Origin: Spirochaetales bacterium | GTDB taxonomy: Bacteria; Spirochaetota; Spirochaetia; SZUA-6; JAFGRV01 | DNA: 49,202 nt | Reading direction: 5' to 3' | NCBI GenBank assembly: GCA_016934975.1 | Contig: JAFGRV010000402.1 | Coordinates: 1 to 49,202, forward strand | Shown here: piece after piece, positions 1 to 10,110 of the stretch | Layout of the letters: each line of letters starts with the position of its first letter | Position numbering within the stretch: the first letter of the stretch is position 1 | The notes under the pieces: model-generated | What the model saw: only the letters and a program-made list of their open reading frames with translations | What the model was told of the DNA's origin: nothing | Database searches by the model: none | Program-made: the position numbers and the translations under genes

Positions 1-1488
1 ATACCAGTAGAAACAGATTATTCTTTAAATCTCGGTATTATTGGAAAAGTAAATGGGGATGGGCTTACCTTTCCTCAACTTAAACAAAAAATTGAACAAA
101 AATTCTCGTCTGCATATCCACAAGGTACTCCATCTCTCACTATTAATTCCTTAGGTAGATTTCAAGTTTTAATAACCGGAGAAGTTCCACAAATACGAAT
201 GGCAACAGCATGGGGTCTTTCCCGGCTAAATGAAATTATTTTTAATAATATTGGGCCTTATTCATCAATTCGTGATATTAAAATAAAAGATAAAAAAGGA
301 AAAATTAAAACATATGATCTTTTCGAAGGAATTTTCCAAGGGAATATAGATCAAAATCCGTATGTAAGGCCGGGAGATACAATTATTATTTCCAAAAGGG
401 GCAAAAAAATAGAATTACGTGGAGAAATATATCGTCCGGGCAATTATCAGATATTAAAAGATGATACTATTTCAGGTATTATTCAACAATATGGAGGTGA
501 TTTTACAGAAAATGCTAATAGGAATCAATTACGAATAGAAAAAACAGTAAACAGTACAGTTCAGTTATTCGATTATAAAGAAATAGCAGAAAAACAAGCT
601 GATTCTTATGTTTTAGATGGAGATGTTATCATTATAGAACAGGAAAAAAAAACAACACCTGTCCTCTATATAGAAGGAGCTATACGTGAAATAGGTGAAG
701 AAACGGTTGGTCCTACAGGAGAAGATGAAGCAGTAACTGGCATGCATAATCTTATTATCCAGCCATTTCTTATCGGAGATACTCTTTATGATGTGATGAA
801 TAAAATAAAAGATTCAATTACATCCAATGCAGACCTGGTAAATTCATATTTAGTAAAAAATACTGAGCAAGAGATAATTCCATTAAATCTTCAAGAACTT
901 CTTTATAATAGTAATTTTTCATACGACCAAGTCATAGAATCTTTTGACAGAATAATAATTCCTACAAAAGCCATGTTTGTTATAGTAAATGGCGATGTAA
1001 GAAATCCGGGAAATTATCATTATATTCCCCAAAAAAAATATAAGTATTATATTCGACTCGCAGGCGGTACCATAAATGGGAATCTTGAAGTAAATACAAT
1101 CCTTATTACCGGATATAATGGAAATATAAAAGATTTTGAAGATGATATTGAGTTGAGTGATACTATATTTGTGAAACACGCATCTGTTATTGTTTCCGGA
1201 GCAGTCTCTACTCCGGGTGAATATCCCTACTTTCCCGGAAAAACATATTCGTATTACATAAACCTTGCCGGTGGTATAGATAATACAAGGAATGATGGTG
1301 AAGTTAAAATTAGAGATAGTGAAAATAAATCTAAAAAAAAATCGGAGATCATAAACCCCGGAGATTCTATTTACATTCCTCCAAGTAGTTTTATCTATAA
1401 TGTAGAAAGGTTTATGACCATAATAACAACAGCCTTAACAATCGTTGTCTCTTCATTCATTCTCTATGACAGATTCTCTGGTCAATAA
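1..1488 (+). CDS. SLBB-domain polysaccharide export protein (Wza/KpsD-like), 5'-truncated by the window edge
   Basis: Frame is open from base 1 (IPVETDYSLNLGIIGKV...). Repeated SLBB motifs (GEIYRPGNY, GDVRNPGNY, GAVSTPGEY followed by AGG) and a C-terminal hydrophobic helix. Confidence 0.85.
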   Translation: MPVETDYSLNLGIIGKVNGDGLTFPQLKQKIEQKFSSAYPQGTPSLTINSLGRFQVLITGEVPQIRMATAWGLSRLNEIIFNNIGPYSSIRDIKIKDKKGKIKTYDLFEGIFQGNIDQNPYVRPGDTIIISKRGKKIELRGEIYRPGNYQILKDDTISGIIQQYGGDFTENANRNQLRIEKTVNSTVQLFDYKEIAEKQADSYVLDGDVIIIEQEKKTTPVLYIEGAIREIGEETVGPTGEDEAVTGMHNLIIQPFLIGDTLYDVMNKIKDSITSNADLVNSYLVKNTEQEIIPLNLQELLYNSNFSYDQVIESFDRIIIPTKAMFVIVNGDVRNPGNYHYIPQKKYKYYIRLAGGTINGNLEVNTILITGYNGNIKDFEDDIELSDTIFVKHASVIVSGAVSTPGEYPYFPGKTYSYYINLAGGIDNTRNDGEVKIRDSENKSKKKSEIINPGDSIYIPPSSFIYNVERFMTIITTALTIVVSSFILYDRFSGQ

Positions 1489-1800
1489 GACCTCATTCCG
1501 TCATTAGTCGAATCAATCCCAATCCCTTTATGCATAATACCCCTTTTTTAATCTCATTTTAATATAGACAATTTCTTCCATCGACCAGAAGTGTAATTTT
1601 AGAATACATTTTTTATTTCATTCCCGCCATCTTGGGCTGCTACTTTTATTATTGCATTTATGAAAAAAGTTAATCAGGCAGATTCATTTTATCAATTGGC
1701 GTCAACACACAACTAAAATAAACACCAGTACGTGCATACTAAAATTGAGAATTGCATAGAAAGACACCACTACTTTTTATAAAAACAATAGGAAATCCAT

Positions 1801-1826
1801 AAAAAAAAGCGGCCCTCCGGACCGCC
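1801..1826 (-). terminator. Intrinsic terminator for the ECF-vWA operon
   Basis: Minus strand reads ggcggtcc-gga-gggccgc followed by T8. Confidence 0.75.
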
Positions 1827-1858
1827 ATATTATTCATAATATACAAGTCAAATAATCA

Positions 1859-3997
1859 CTACCGAATATCCGCAAGTGCCCTGCTTATTTTCACAAGCTC
1901 AATAAATTCCTGCCTGTACCCTTCTTTATCCGAACCCTTTGCACCTTGAGCAAGTTCAAGAACCTGATCAAATGTCCCTTCCCCTTTATATTCTGAATCT
2001 CTTAACAAAAGCCCCCATTCCGCGACTGCCGCGGCAAACCGGAAATTATCAGAGGAGGCAGAAAGGGGGAGGTGTTCATCCACAACAGGGACATCGATAA
2101 GAATGCTCGTATTTTCTTTTGGTTTTTTGTACCGGAATTTCAGGGTCATTATCTCCGAACTCGAATAAGCATCTTCCTTTATAGTGGTTTGCTGATATTT
2201 AAGTTCCTGTGCATCAGTCATGGCAATTGTCTCATGTGCAGGGATAATTTCATACAGCGCCGTGACCGTATGCCCCGCCCCCAATTCACCGGCGTCTTTT
2301 GTATCATCATCAAAATCTTCTTTTGCGAGAACCCTGTTTTCATACCCGATAAGACGGTACGATTCGATATATACTGGATTAAATTCAATTTGAATTTTAA
2401 CATCTTTCGCGATGGTCACGAGGGTACTTCCTAATTCGGTTACAAGCACCTTCTTCGCCTCACTCAAAGTATCAATATAGGCATAATTGCCATTACCCTT
2501 ATCCGCGAGTTTTTCCATCTTTGTGTCTTTATAATTCCCCATGCCGAATCCCAATACTGTCAGAAAAACACCGTTTTCCCTTTTTTCTTCGATAAGCCGG
2601 GTAAGCTCTGCATCGCTTGATGCACCGATATTAAAATCCCCGTCTGTTGCCACAATCACCCGGTTATTGCCTTTGGGGTTATAATACTGCTGTGCAGTCG
2701 CGTACGCCAGTGTAATCCCCGCCCCCCCCGCGGTGGACCCGCCGGCTGAAAGCTGGTTCAAGGCATTTAAAATGGTTGTTTTTTGATTTCCCGGGGTTGA
2801 TGGGAGAACCAGTCCGGCTGCTCCTGCATAGACAACGATGGCTACCCTGTCCTGTTCACGGAGTTGATTAACAAGTAAGGTAAAGGCCTCTTTCAGGAGG
2901 GGAAGCTTATTTGCATCATTCATGGAACCTGAAACATCGAGGAGAAATACGAGATTGCTCGGGGGGAGTTGTTCCGGGGAAATAATCTTGCCCTGGATCC
3001 CAAGGTGAATAAGCTTATGGTCCTGATTCCAGGGGCACCCGGAGACCTCGGTAAAAAATGCAAAGGGATGAGTTCCTGAAGGCTCAAGGTAATCATAGGT
3101 AAAATAATTTATCAGTTCTTCTATACGTACAGCATCCTTATAGGGAAGCTGATTGCTTTTCAAAAATCTCCTTACATTCGCATAAGAGGCAGTATCCACA
3201 TCGATGGAAAAGGTAGAAACAGCATTGTCACGGACATTTAAAAATCTGTTTTCGTAAATCCGGTCGTATTCTTCGGTATTCCAGTCACCCCTGTCTGCCG
3301 CCTCTTTTTCCTCTGTGTTTGCCGTTTCATTAACAATTGGTGACGGAGGAATGAGCTCCTCTTTCTCCATGGCAGATTTTTCCCCGGCAAGGACGATCTC
3401 ATCCATAAAGACAGGATCATTGAGAAAAGTCTCTTCTGTTTCCTGCTGCTCCATACCAAGAGTGCTATAAAAGTCATCCTCCGCAACAGCCTCACTCTTC
3501 TTTTCATCCCGAACAATTAATGAATCATCCCGATCCTCTGCTTTTTTCTTATCTTTTTCAGGGGTTTTGGGTTTAACCTGAGGCTGGGACTCCCCGGGAG
3601 AATTTGATTCTTCTTCTGTTGTATTTTCTTTAGAGATTTCATCTCCTTTTTTATCATGTGATAAATATGATACTTCCTTATTTTCATTCCGGGCGAGATG
3701 TGTAATAACCGGGAGAAGAACGCCAAAGACAAGGGTTGCACTGAATATCCCCGCTGCCGCGGCGATACCTATCTTTAATTTATTATTGAATACCCAGGTG
3801 ATAAAATTAGGCTGTTTTTTTGTCATATTCTTAAGAATTTTCGACCTTAATTCGCTTTTAAAACCTTCATCCATGGTAACGTCGGGTTTTGAGGAAAGAA
3901 GCTTATCGATTATTTTTTTCAATTCCTCCTCCTTTTCTGCAAGCTCGGGATCAATCTCATAAAGATCGCGTAAAATATCTTCTATTATTATGCTCAT
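1859..3997 (-). CDS. Membrane-anchored vWA protein (YfbK-like, vWA plus DUF3520-like C-terminus) with a putative anti-sigma N-terminal domain
   Basis: MIDAS motif DVSGS, GGSTAGG, ATDGDFN, STFSIDVDTASY and FRFAAAVAEWG. One TM helix after a ~75 aa cytoplasmic domain. GGAGG Shine-Dalgarno precedes the ATG at 3997. Confidence 0.85.
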   Translation of the reverse strand: MSIIIEDILRDLYEIDPELAEKEEELKKIIDKLLSSKPDVTMDEGFKSELRSKILKNMTKKQPNFITWVFNNKLKIGIAAAAGIFSATLVFGVLLPVITHLARNENKEVSYLSHDKKGDEISKENTTEEESNSPGESQPQVKPKTPEKDKKKAEDRDDSLIVRDEKKSEAVAEDDFYSTLGMEQQETEETFLNDPVFMDEIVLAGEKSAMEKEELIPPSPIVNETANTEEKEAADRGDWNTEEYDRIYENRFLNVRDNAVSTFSIDVDTASYANVRRFLKSNQLPYKDAVRIEELINYFTYDYLEPSGTHPFAFFTEVSGCPWNQDHKLIHLGIQGKIISPEQLPPSNLVFLLDVSGSMNDANKLPLLKEAFTLLVNQLREQDRVAIVVYAGAAGLVLPSTPGNQKTTILNALNQLSAGGSTAGGAGITLAYATAQQYYNPKGNNRVIVATDGDFNIGASSDAELTRLIEEKRENGVFLTVLGFGMGNYKDTKMEKLADKGNGNYAYIDTLSEAKKVLVTELGSTLVTIAKDVKIQIEFNPVYIESYRLIGYENRVLAKEDFDDDTKDAGELGAGHTVTALYEIIPAHETIAMTDAQELKYQQTTIKEDAYSSSEIMTLKFRYKKPKENTSILIDVPVVDEHLPLSASSDNFRFAAAVAEWGLLLRDSEYKGEGTFDQVLELAQGAKGSDKEGYRQEFIELVKISRALADIR

Positions 3998-4010
3998 ATC
4001 ATTACCTCCG

Positions 4011-4577
4011 TCATTGATATTTACTTTTGAGCAGAAAGAGAAGCAGTAGCACGGCAACAGAGAGCTCTTTTCTGAGCTTTGCAATAATCCTGGAAAACAT
4101 CATTTTACAAGCACCTTCACTTTTACCGATAATGTTCGCGATTTCTTTGTATGAAAGATCCTGCCAGATCCTTAAAATAAGAATGTCCCGTTGTTCCGAA
4201 GGAAGTTTCTTTAACACTTCCCGTAATTCTTCCAGTTGTTCTTTATTCTCACTATCAAGCTCGATATTCTGTTTTCCCGCAAGGTCCCATACATCATCAA
4301 TATCAACCGTCTTTCTCGTTGACCGGTAATAATCTGTCACAAGATTTCTCGCGATCTGGTAGATCCATGCACTCATACTCCCTTTTTCAGGATTATAAAG
4401 ATGCAATTTCTCCAAAGCCCGCAAAAATGTTTGACTCGTCAAATCCTCGGCAGTCTCCTTGTGATAGGTCTTGTAATAGATAAACTGGTAAATTCGTGTT
4501 GCATAATTATCATACACTTCTGCATACTCTTCCCTGCTTACACCGGATTTTGTTTCCGGAAAGCTTATTATCTTCAT
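4011..4577 (-). CDS. ECF (sigma-70 group 4) RNA polymerase sigma factor
   Basis: Region 2 motifs AEDLTSQTFLRA and WIYQIARN; region 4 motif LSYKEIANIIGKS. GGGAG SD precedes MKIISF. Confidence 0.92.
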   Translation of the reverse strand: MKIISFPETKSGVSREEYAEVYDNYATRIYQFIYYKTYHKETAEDLTSQTFLRALEKLHLYNPEKGSMSAWIYQIARNLVTDYYRSTRKTVDIDDVWDLAGKQNIELDSENKEQLEELREVLKKLPSEQRDILILRIWQDLSYKEIANIIGKSEGACKMMFSRIIAKLRKELSVAVLLLLFLLKSKYQ

Positions 4578-4874
4578 GTATCTTCTCCCTTTATACATCT
4601 CACACGGCTCGCGAGCCTCGCATAGACACAATATATCCTTAATTATTCAATGTTACAATTAATAGTGTTTACACTATCAGTATATACGAAAAAAGAAAAA
4701 AAAGGTAACTGTTGAATTTTCTAAATAGAATTTGTATATTTCCTGATGCACACTTCATTACAGTTTTGTCTATCGGAAAAAAAGAGTGCAGAGGAGACAT
4801 GGCAGAAGGCAGGCAGGATAAAGGTTGATACAACAACAATTATCACCGAAGCAGATGAGGAATACGAGAACAAC

Positions 4875-5165
4875 ATGATTGAAATGAAGGCAATAGTTCA
4901 AAATGACCGGGGGATTCATTGCAGACCTTCCGGAATAATTTATAAGGCTATTGAAGGCTACAAAGGTGAAATAACTCTTATTTCCCGGGAAATGGAAGTC
5001 GTACTCACATCTATTATGGATATTATTGTCTTAGGTTTGTTTAAAAACGATAAAGTCATCGTGCGGGTATCCGGTGAAAACGAGGAAGGGATGTGTAAAA
5101 AACTGATTGAGCTTTTTGAAACGCACTATGATTTTCCCCCGCAGAATGGCAGCTCCCCGGGATAG
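4875..5165 (+). CDS. HPr family phosphocarrier protein
   Basis: GIHCRPS (His15 motif) and a Ser46-equivalent in TSIMDI. Start reassigned to the ATG at 4875. Confidence 0.88.
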   Translation: MIEMKAIVQNDRGIHCRPSGIIYKAIEGYKGEITLISREMEVVLTSIMDIIVLGLFKNDKVIVRVSGENEEGMCKKLIELFETHYDFPPQNGSSPG

Positions 5166-5170
5166 AGTAC

Positions 5171-6220
5171 TTAAAGAAAATTATATTCCTCTACATACTT
5201 CTTTATCACTTCCGCAAACTCATCCACATCTTTCTTTTCCGTATCAAAAGAGGTCATCCACCTGACCTGATGTATTTTTTCATCCCACATATAAAAGAAA
5301 AACTTTTTTCTGATATGAGGAATGGCTGCCGGAGGAAGTATGGGGAAGAGAGCATTTGTTGATACCGGCAGGGGAATCGAGATTCCCTTGATATCTTTCA
5401 CCCTCGTTTCAAGATAGGAAGCCATGGTATTGGCAGATAAAGCATTCTCATACCAGAGATTATCTGTAAGATACGCATTAAACTGGGCCGAAATAAACCT
5501 CATTTTAGCCCCGAGATTCATACCTTGCTTCCTGATATATTTAAAATCACCCGCCATGTTTGATGAAAAAAAGACTACTGCTTCACCGAACATCATCCCG
5601 TTTTTTGTTCCCCCGAAGGAAAGTACATCCACTCCACAATCAAGAGTGACTTGTTTCAGATTTTTTTTAAGACGTACCGCGGCGTTCGCTATCCGTGCCC
5701 CGTCCATGACAAGATACAAACCATGGGAATGAGCAAATTCCGAAAGAATCTGTATTTCTTCTATAGTATATAAAACTCCAAGTTCGGTGGGTTGGGTTAT
5801 GGCAATTACTTTTACCTGAGAATACTGCTGATTCCCCTGCCCGCTGAGGTGTTCTTTTATTTGATCGACAGTTATCTTTCCATCGTTTGACGGAAGAGCA
5901 ATGACCTTGCAACCTGTATATTTTTCCGGACTACCGCATTCATGTTCATTCAGATGTGCGGTTTGTGCACAGATAATCGCATTATAAGGCTTAATGAGGG
6001 CACTCACTCCCAGGACATTAGCCGCCGTTCCAGTAAAAACAAAAAAGGTCTCCGAATCCTCACCAAAGTGCTCTTTACATAGTTTTAAAGCCTTTTCCGT
6101 AAAAGGATCATCTCCATACCCGATAACATGTCCGCGATTCGCATCCTCAATCGCCTTCATAATAACCGGATGGACCCCTGAATTATTATCACTGGCAAAA
6201 CTCTTTCTCATTATTTCCAT
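5171..6220 (-). CDS. ltaE: Low-specificity L-threonine aldolase (PLP-dependent)
   Basis: FASDN, YGDD, GTAAN, MDGARIANA and SFGGTKNG motifs. Confidence 0.9.
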   Translation of the reverse strand: MEIMRKSFASDNNSGVHPVIMKAIEDANRGHVIGYGDDPFTEKALKLCKEHFGEDSETFFVFTGTAANVLGVSALIKPYNAIICAQTAHLNEHECGSPEKYTGCKVIALPSNDGKITVDQIKEHLSGQGNQQYSQVKVIAITQPTELGVLYTIEEIQILSEFAHSHGLYLVMDGARIANAAVRLKKNLKQVTLDCGVDVLSFGGTKNGMMFGEAVVFFSSNMAGDFKYIRKQGMNLGAKMRFISAQFNAYLTDNLWYENALSANTMASYLETRVKDIKGISIPLPVSTNALFPILPPAAIPHIRKKFFFYMWDEKIHQVRWMTSFDTEKKDVDEFAEVIKKYVEEYNFL

Positions 6221-6475
6221 ATATACTCCATTTTTACATATTTTTTGTTTCTCATAGATCATTATTCCGGATAACCCTCTCTTTTTCATGAGTCTCAAAA
6301 AAGGATACAATTTTTTAACAAGATATTTTATATCAATTCCGGAATATATTCAATATTCCGATGAATCAAGACCCCATACCCATAATAACAATAAATAATA
6401 CCCCCGATTTTTCCGGAATAGCCGGGGTAAGAATAAAAATGAGTCTGTGAAATCACACCTAAACCGGATAATTTC

Positions 6476-6504
6476 TTGACAAAAATTCGATTTATCGCTA
6501 TCAT
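6476..6504 (+). promoter_or_regulatory. Sigma70-type promoter for the oxidoreductase operon
   Basis: TTGACA-17 bp-TATCAT. Confidence 0.6.
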
Positions 6505-6710
6505 AAAATTATTATATGGTTCTTATATATTTTGAGACGATATAGAGAGAAAAAATGTCCTGTTCACTACACACCTCACAAAAGAGGTCGACACACATAC
6601 GAGATATTGATGTTTTGCCTTGATCTGACTATGAATAAGTTTTCAACTGAACTGATAAAAACAGGATAGTTATAAATTATTTTTACGATGCAAGGAAGAA
6701 TGTAAAAGAC

Positions 6711-6938
6711 ATGAAAAAAGGTAAAATAAAAATTAATATTGATAGATGTAAGGCCTGCGGATTATGTATCGAAGTCTGTACCGCGAAAGCAATAAAAATG
6801 AGTAAGAAATTTAACAAACATGGCTATAATGTGCCTGAATTTTTAAATAAGGAACAGTGCAGCGCGTGCAAACTCTGTGCTATCGTTTGTCCCGAAGCGG
6901 CAATAGAAATCATAGAATTAGTAGAAGTGGAACAATAA
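6711..6938 (+). CDS. 2x[4Fe-4S] ferredoxin (delta subunit of 2-oxoacid:ferredoxin oxidoreductase)
   Basis: CKACGLCIEVC and CSACKLCAIVCP. Confidence 0.92.
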   Translation: MKKGKIKINIDRCKACGLCIEVCTAKAIKMSKKFNKHGYNVPEFLNKEQCSACKLCAIVCPEAAIEIIELVEVEQ

Positions 6939-8011
6939 TGGGAAAAACTGTAAAGAATGAAATAGAAAAAGTCTTTATAAAAGGAAATCATGCAGTTGTT
7001 GAGGCCGCAATCGCGGCAGGCTGCCGGTTTTATGCGGGTTACCCCATAACACCGCAAAATGAAATACCTCAATTAATGTCAAAACGGATGCCGGAAATCG
7101 GAGGAACCTTTATTCAGGCGGAAAGTGAATTAATCTCCATCAATTTTATCCTTGGTGCGGGTGCTGCCGGCGCAAGAGCCCTCACGACCTCCTCTTCTCC
7201 CGGTATTTCACTCATGATGGAGGGATTATCCTACATGGCAGGAGCCGAAATACCCGGCGTCATAGTAAATGTACAGCGGGGAGGACCGGGGCTTGGTAAT
7301 ATTGCCCCTGCACAAAGCGACTACTATCAGGCAGTAAAACCGGGACACGGCGACTTTCACATGATTGTTCTCGGACCCCATAATACACAGGATATGTTTG
7401 ATTATGCATTCAAGGCCTTTGATCTGGCAGACAAATACAGAATTCCCGTTATCATCCTCGCGGACGGTTTGTTGGGTCAGCTCATGGAGAATATAACCAT
7501 ACAAAAGGAATATATTTCCGAATATCTTACAGTACAAAAAGATTGGGCCTTAACCGGCGCAAAAGGGCGGAACGGCCGAAGAGTATGTTCTCTACGGATG
7601 AAACCGGGAGGTCTTGAAGAGCATGTGAATCATCTGCAGGAAAAGTATAATCGTATAAAAGAGAATGAAATTGAATACGAAACCTTTAATGTCAACGATG
7701 ATACTGAAACATTAATTGTAGCATTTGGAACAGCCGCCAGGATATCAAAGGGCGCTATTTCACTTGCCGGAAATAGAAATATCGGTTTATTCCGGCCGAT
7801 TACACTGTGGCCGTTCCCCTCTGAAAAACTGCTGGAACTTTCGAAGCAGGTCAAACAAATTTTTGTTTTTGAACTCAACCTCGGACAAATGCTCGATGAT
7901 GTAAAAATTGCGGTAAATGATCATGATAAGATCAATTTTTACGGCAGAACCGGAGGTGGGATTTTTACTCCGGAAGAACTCTTTAATTTTATACAATCAA
8001 AGGATAAATAA
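6938..8011 (+). CDS. 2-oxoacid:ferredoxin oxidoreductase alpha subunit (VorB-like, 2-ketoisovalerate type)
   Basis: GYPITPQ, QAESE, TSSSPGISL and QRGGPGLG. TAATG overlap with the ferredoxin stop. Confidence 0.9.
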   Translation: MGKTVKNEIEKVFIKGNHAVVEAAIAAGCRFYAGYPITPQNEIPQLMSKRMPEIGGTFIQAESELISINFILGAGAAGARALTTSSSPGISLMMEGLSYMAGAEIPGVIVNVQRGGPGLGNIAPAQSDYYQAVKPGHGDFHMIVLGPHNTQDMFDYAFKAFDLADKYRIPVIILADGLLGQLMENITIQKEYISEYLTVQKDWALTGAKGRNGRRVCSLRMKPGGLEEHVNHLQEKYNRIKENEIEYETFNVNDDTETLIVAFGTAARISKGAISLAGNRNIGLFRPITLWPFPSEKLLELSKQVKQIFVFELNLGQMLDDVKIAVNDHDKINFYGRTGGGIFTPEELFNFIQSKDK

Positions 8012-8758
8012 GTGGTTATTGAAAAAATAGTATATAAAAAACCCGAATCCCTCACAGATTGTAATTTTACCTTCTGTTCAGGATGCGGACACAGTACGGT
8101 TCATAAACTTATCGCTGAAATTATCGATGAATTGGACTTAAGAGAAAAGACTATTGCAGTGGCACCTGTGGGATGCGCGGTATTCGCATACGATTTCTGG
8201 AATTTTGATATTGCCGAAGCACCTCACGGCAGAACTCCTATTGTTGCTTCGGGTATAAAACGAATTCACCCGGAAGCCTTTGTTCTTTGTTACCAGGGGG
8301 ACGGGGACCTCGTCTCAATCGGACTATCGGAAATAATGCACACGGCAAACAGAGGTGAAAATATATCGGTCATTTTTATTAATAATACGAATTACGGCAT
8401 GACCGGCGGACAAATGGCACCCACGACCCTTGTTAACCAGGTAACCATGACCTCTCCGAGAGGAAGGGATATTGAGACATATGGTCATCCTATTAAGATG
8501 AGTGAATTACTCGTTCCTTTGGAAGGTGTAAAATACCTCGAACGGGCTAAAATAACCACCCCGGCATCAATTCTTAAAGCAAAAAAAGCGATAAAAAAGG
8601 CTTTTTTAAATCAGATAAATGGTGTAGGTTTTTCTATGGTGGAAATACTCACTGCTTGTCCGGAAAGCTGGAAGAAAAGCCCCAAAGAAGCGGTTGCATG
8701 GGTAGAAGATGTAGTCTCGAAATTTTACCCGGTCGGCAAAATCAAAGATATAACATAG
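8012..8758 (+). CDS. 2-oxoacid:ferredoxin oxidoreductase beta (TPP-binding) subunit
   Basis: FCSGCGH, HGR, QGDGD and NNTNYGMTGGQMAPTT. Confidence 0.92.
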   Translation: MVIEKIVYKKPESLTDCNFTFCSGCGHSTVHKLIAEIIDELDLREKTIAVAPVGCAVFAYDFWNFDIAEAPHGRTPIVASGIKRIHPEAFVLCYQGDGDLVSIGLSEIMHTANRGENISVIFINNTNYGMTGGQMAPTTLVNQVTMTSPRGRDIETYGHPIKMSELLVPLEGVKYLERAKITTPASILKAKKAIKKAFLNQINGVGFSMVEILTACPESWKKSPKEAVAWVEDVVSKFYPVGKIKDIT

Positions 8759-8885
8759 AATCAATAAATAGGGAAGGTAACCTAAAAAATATGATTTTCA
8801 GAAAGAATATAAAGAGTTTTTATATTTTACATTCTATTTATTATACTTTTTTCCCCCAAAAATATCATTATGAATGGAGGTATGT

Positions 8886-9437
8886 ATGAAAGAAAGAATA
8901 ATTATTGCCGGAAGCGGTGGACAAGGTGTTCAAACCCTCGGTTTTCTTTTTGCAAATATTGGTATGTCCGATAAAAAGAGAGTGACATGGTTACCATCCT
9001 ATGGCGCGGAAAAAAGGGGTGGCTTTTCCACATGCCACGTTGTCATTTCCGATGAAGAAATATATTCTCCTTTAATTGAAACACCGGATACTCTTTTTCT
9101 TTTCGACCAGCGGGCTTTAGCAACATATGAAAAGTCAATTGCGAAACATACGGTTGTGATTGAAAATTCTTCATTAATATGCGAGGATACGATAGAAAGT
9201 GGAAATAAAATATCCATACCTGCAACTGATATTGCGAACAGCATTTTCTTTACCCAGGCGACAAATACCGTCATGGCCGGTGCATATTTCGGACTAAAGA
9301 CAGTGTTCAGGATTGATAAAGCAATAAATGTCATGAAACAAATCCTTTTAAAAAAATCAAAACAGATTTTTGATAAAAACGAAAAAGCTTTATACCAGGG
9401 ATTCAATTTTGTGAGAACAAATTATTCTTTTACGTGA
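8886..9437 (+). CDS. 2-oxoacid:ferredoxin oxidoreductase gamma subunit
   Basis: AGSGGQG and PSYGAEKRGG; GGAGG SD. Confidence 0.92.
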   Translation: MKERIIIAGSGGQGVQTLGFLFANIGMSDKKRVTWLPSYGAEKRGGFSTCHVVISDEEIYSPLIETPDTLFLFDQRALATYEKSIAKHTVVIENSSLICEDTIESGNKISIPATDIANSIFFTQATNTVMAGAYFGLKTVFRIDKAINVMKQILLKKSKQIFDKNEKALYQGFNFVRTNYSFT

Positions 9438-9453
9438 ATACCGATAAAAAAGG

Positions 9454-10074
9454 ATGATGAAAAAAATTAAATGGGTTGTCTGTGATTATGGCGGTGTTAT
9501 AGGGAAAAAGCAGAACAAGGGGATTATTGCCCGGATATGCAAGCTTATCGGTATTTCCATAAAAGATTTCGACTCCCTGTACAGGAAAGAACGGGATAGT
9601 TATGACGCAGGGCTGCTGGATCGGGAAACATACTGGAATCACAAGTTAGAAAGCATTAATAAAGACCCGGGATCTGTTGATATAAAGACGCTCTTTGACC
9701 TGGATATAAAGAGCTGGCTCGATATAAACAAAGAAACAACACACTACCTTTCCTCGATTAAACCCAAGGTGAATCTTGCCCTCTTATCTAATATGCCGGA
9801 AGATATCCTCCCGGAAATTCGTAAACAATCATGGTATAACCTTTTCGATACAGGCATATTTTCCTGCGAAGAAAAAATTTGTAAACCGGATAACAGAATA
9901 TACGATCTTTTATTAAAAAGAATACGATCGGAACCACACGAAGTCCTGTTTATTGATGATCTGGAAATAAATGTAAAAGCTGCACAAAAAAACGGGATCA
10001 ATGGGATACAATTTTTTGATTGCAGGAGTATGAAAAAAGAAATAAATACGAACTATTCTTTAAAGAAAGTGTAA
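9454..10074 (+). CDS. HAD-superfamily phosphatase (YihX-like)
   Basis: DYGGV, LSN, KP and FIDD motifs. Confidence 0.88.
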   Translation: MMKKIKWVVCDYGGVIGKKQNKGIIARICKLIGISIKDFDSLYRKERDSYDAGLLDRETYWNHKLESINKDPGSVDIKTLFDLDIKSWLDINKETTHYLSSIKPKVNLALLSNMPEDILPEIRKQSWYNLFDTGIFSCEEKICKPDNRIYDLLLKRIRSEPHEVLFIDDLEINVKAAQKNGINGIQFFDCRSMKKEINTNYSLKKV

Positions 10075-10110
10075 GATATTAGTCAAATCAAATTACAGGG
10101 ACAAAAATAT

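Noticed and set aside
3998-4084. Extended N-terminus of the vWA ORF, and similar extensions at 4746, 6310, 6857, 19811 and 44874
   Set aside because: Downstream ATGs match family N-termini and mostly have better SD sequences; several extensions overlap neighbouring genes.
6505-6710. TPP riboswitch before a TPP-dependent enzyme
   Set aside because: The conserved CTGAGA and ACCTGAT...AGCGTAGG elements are missing.
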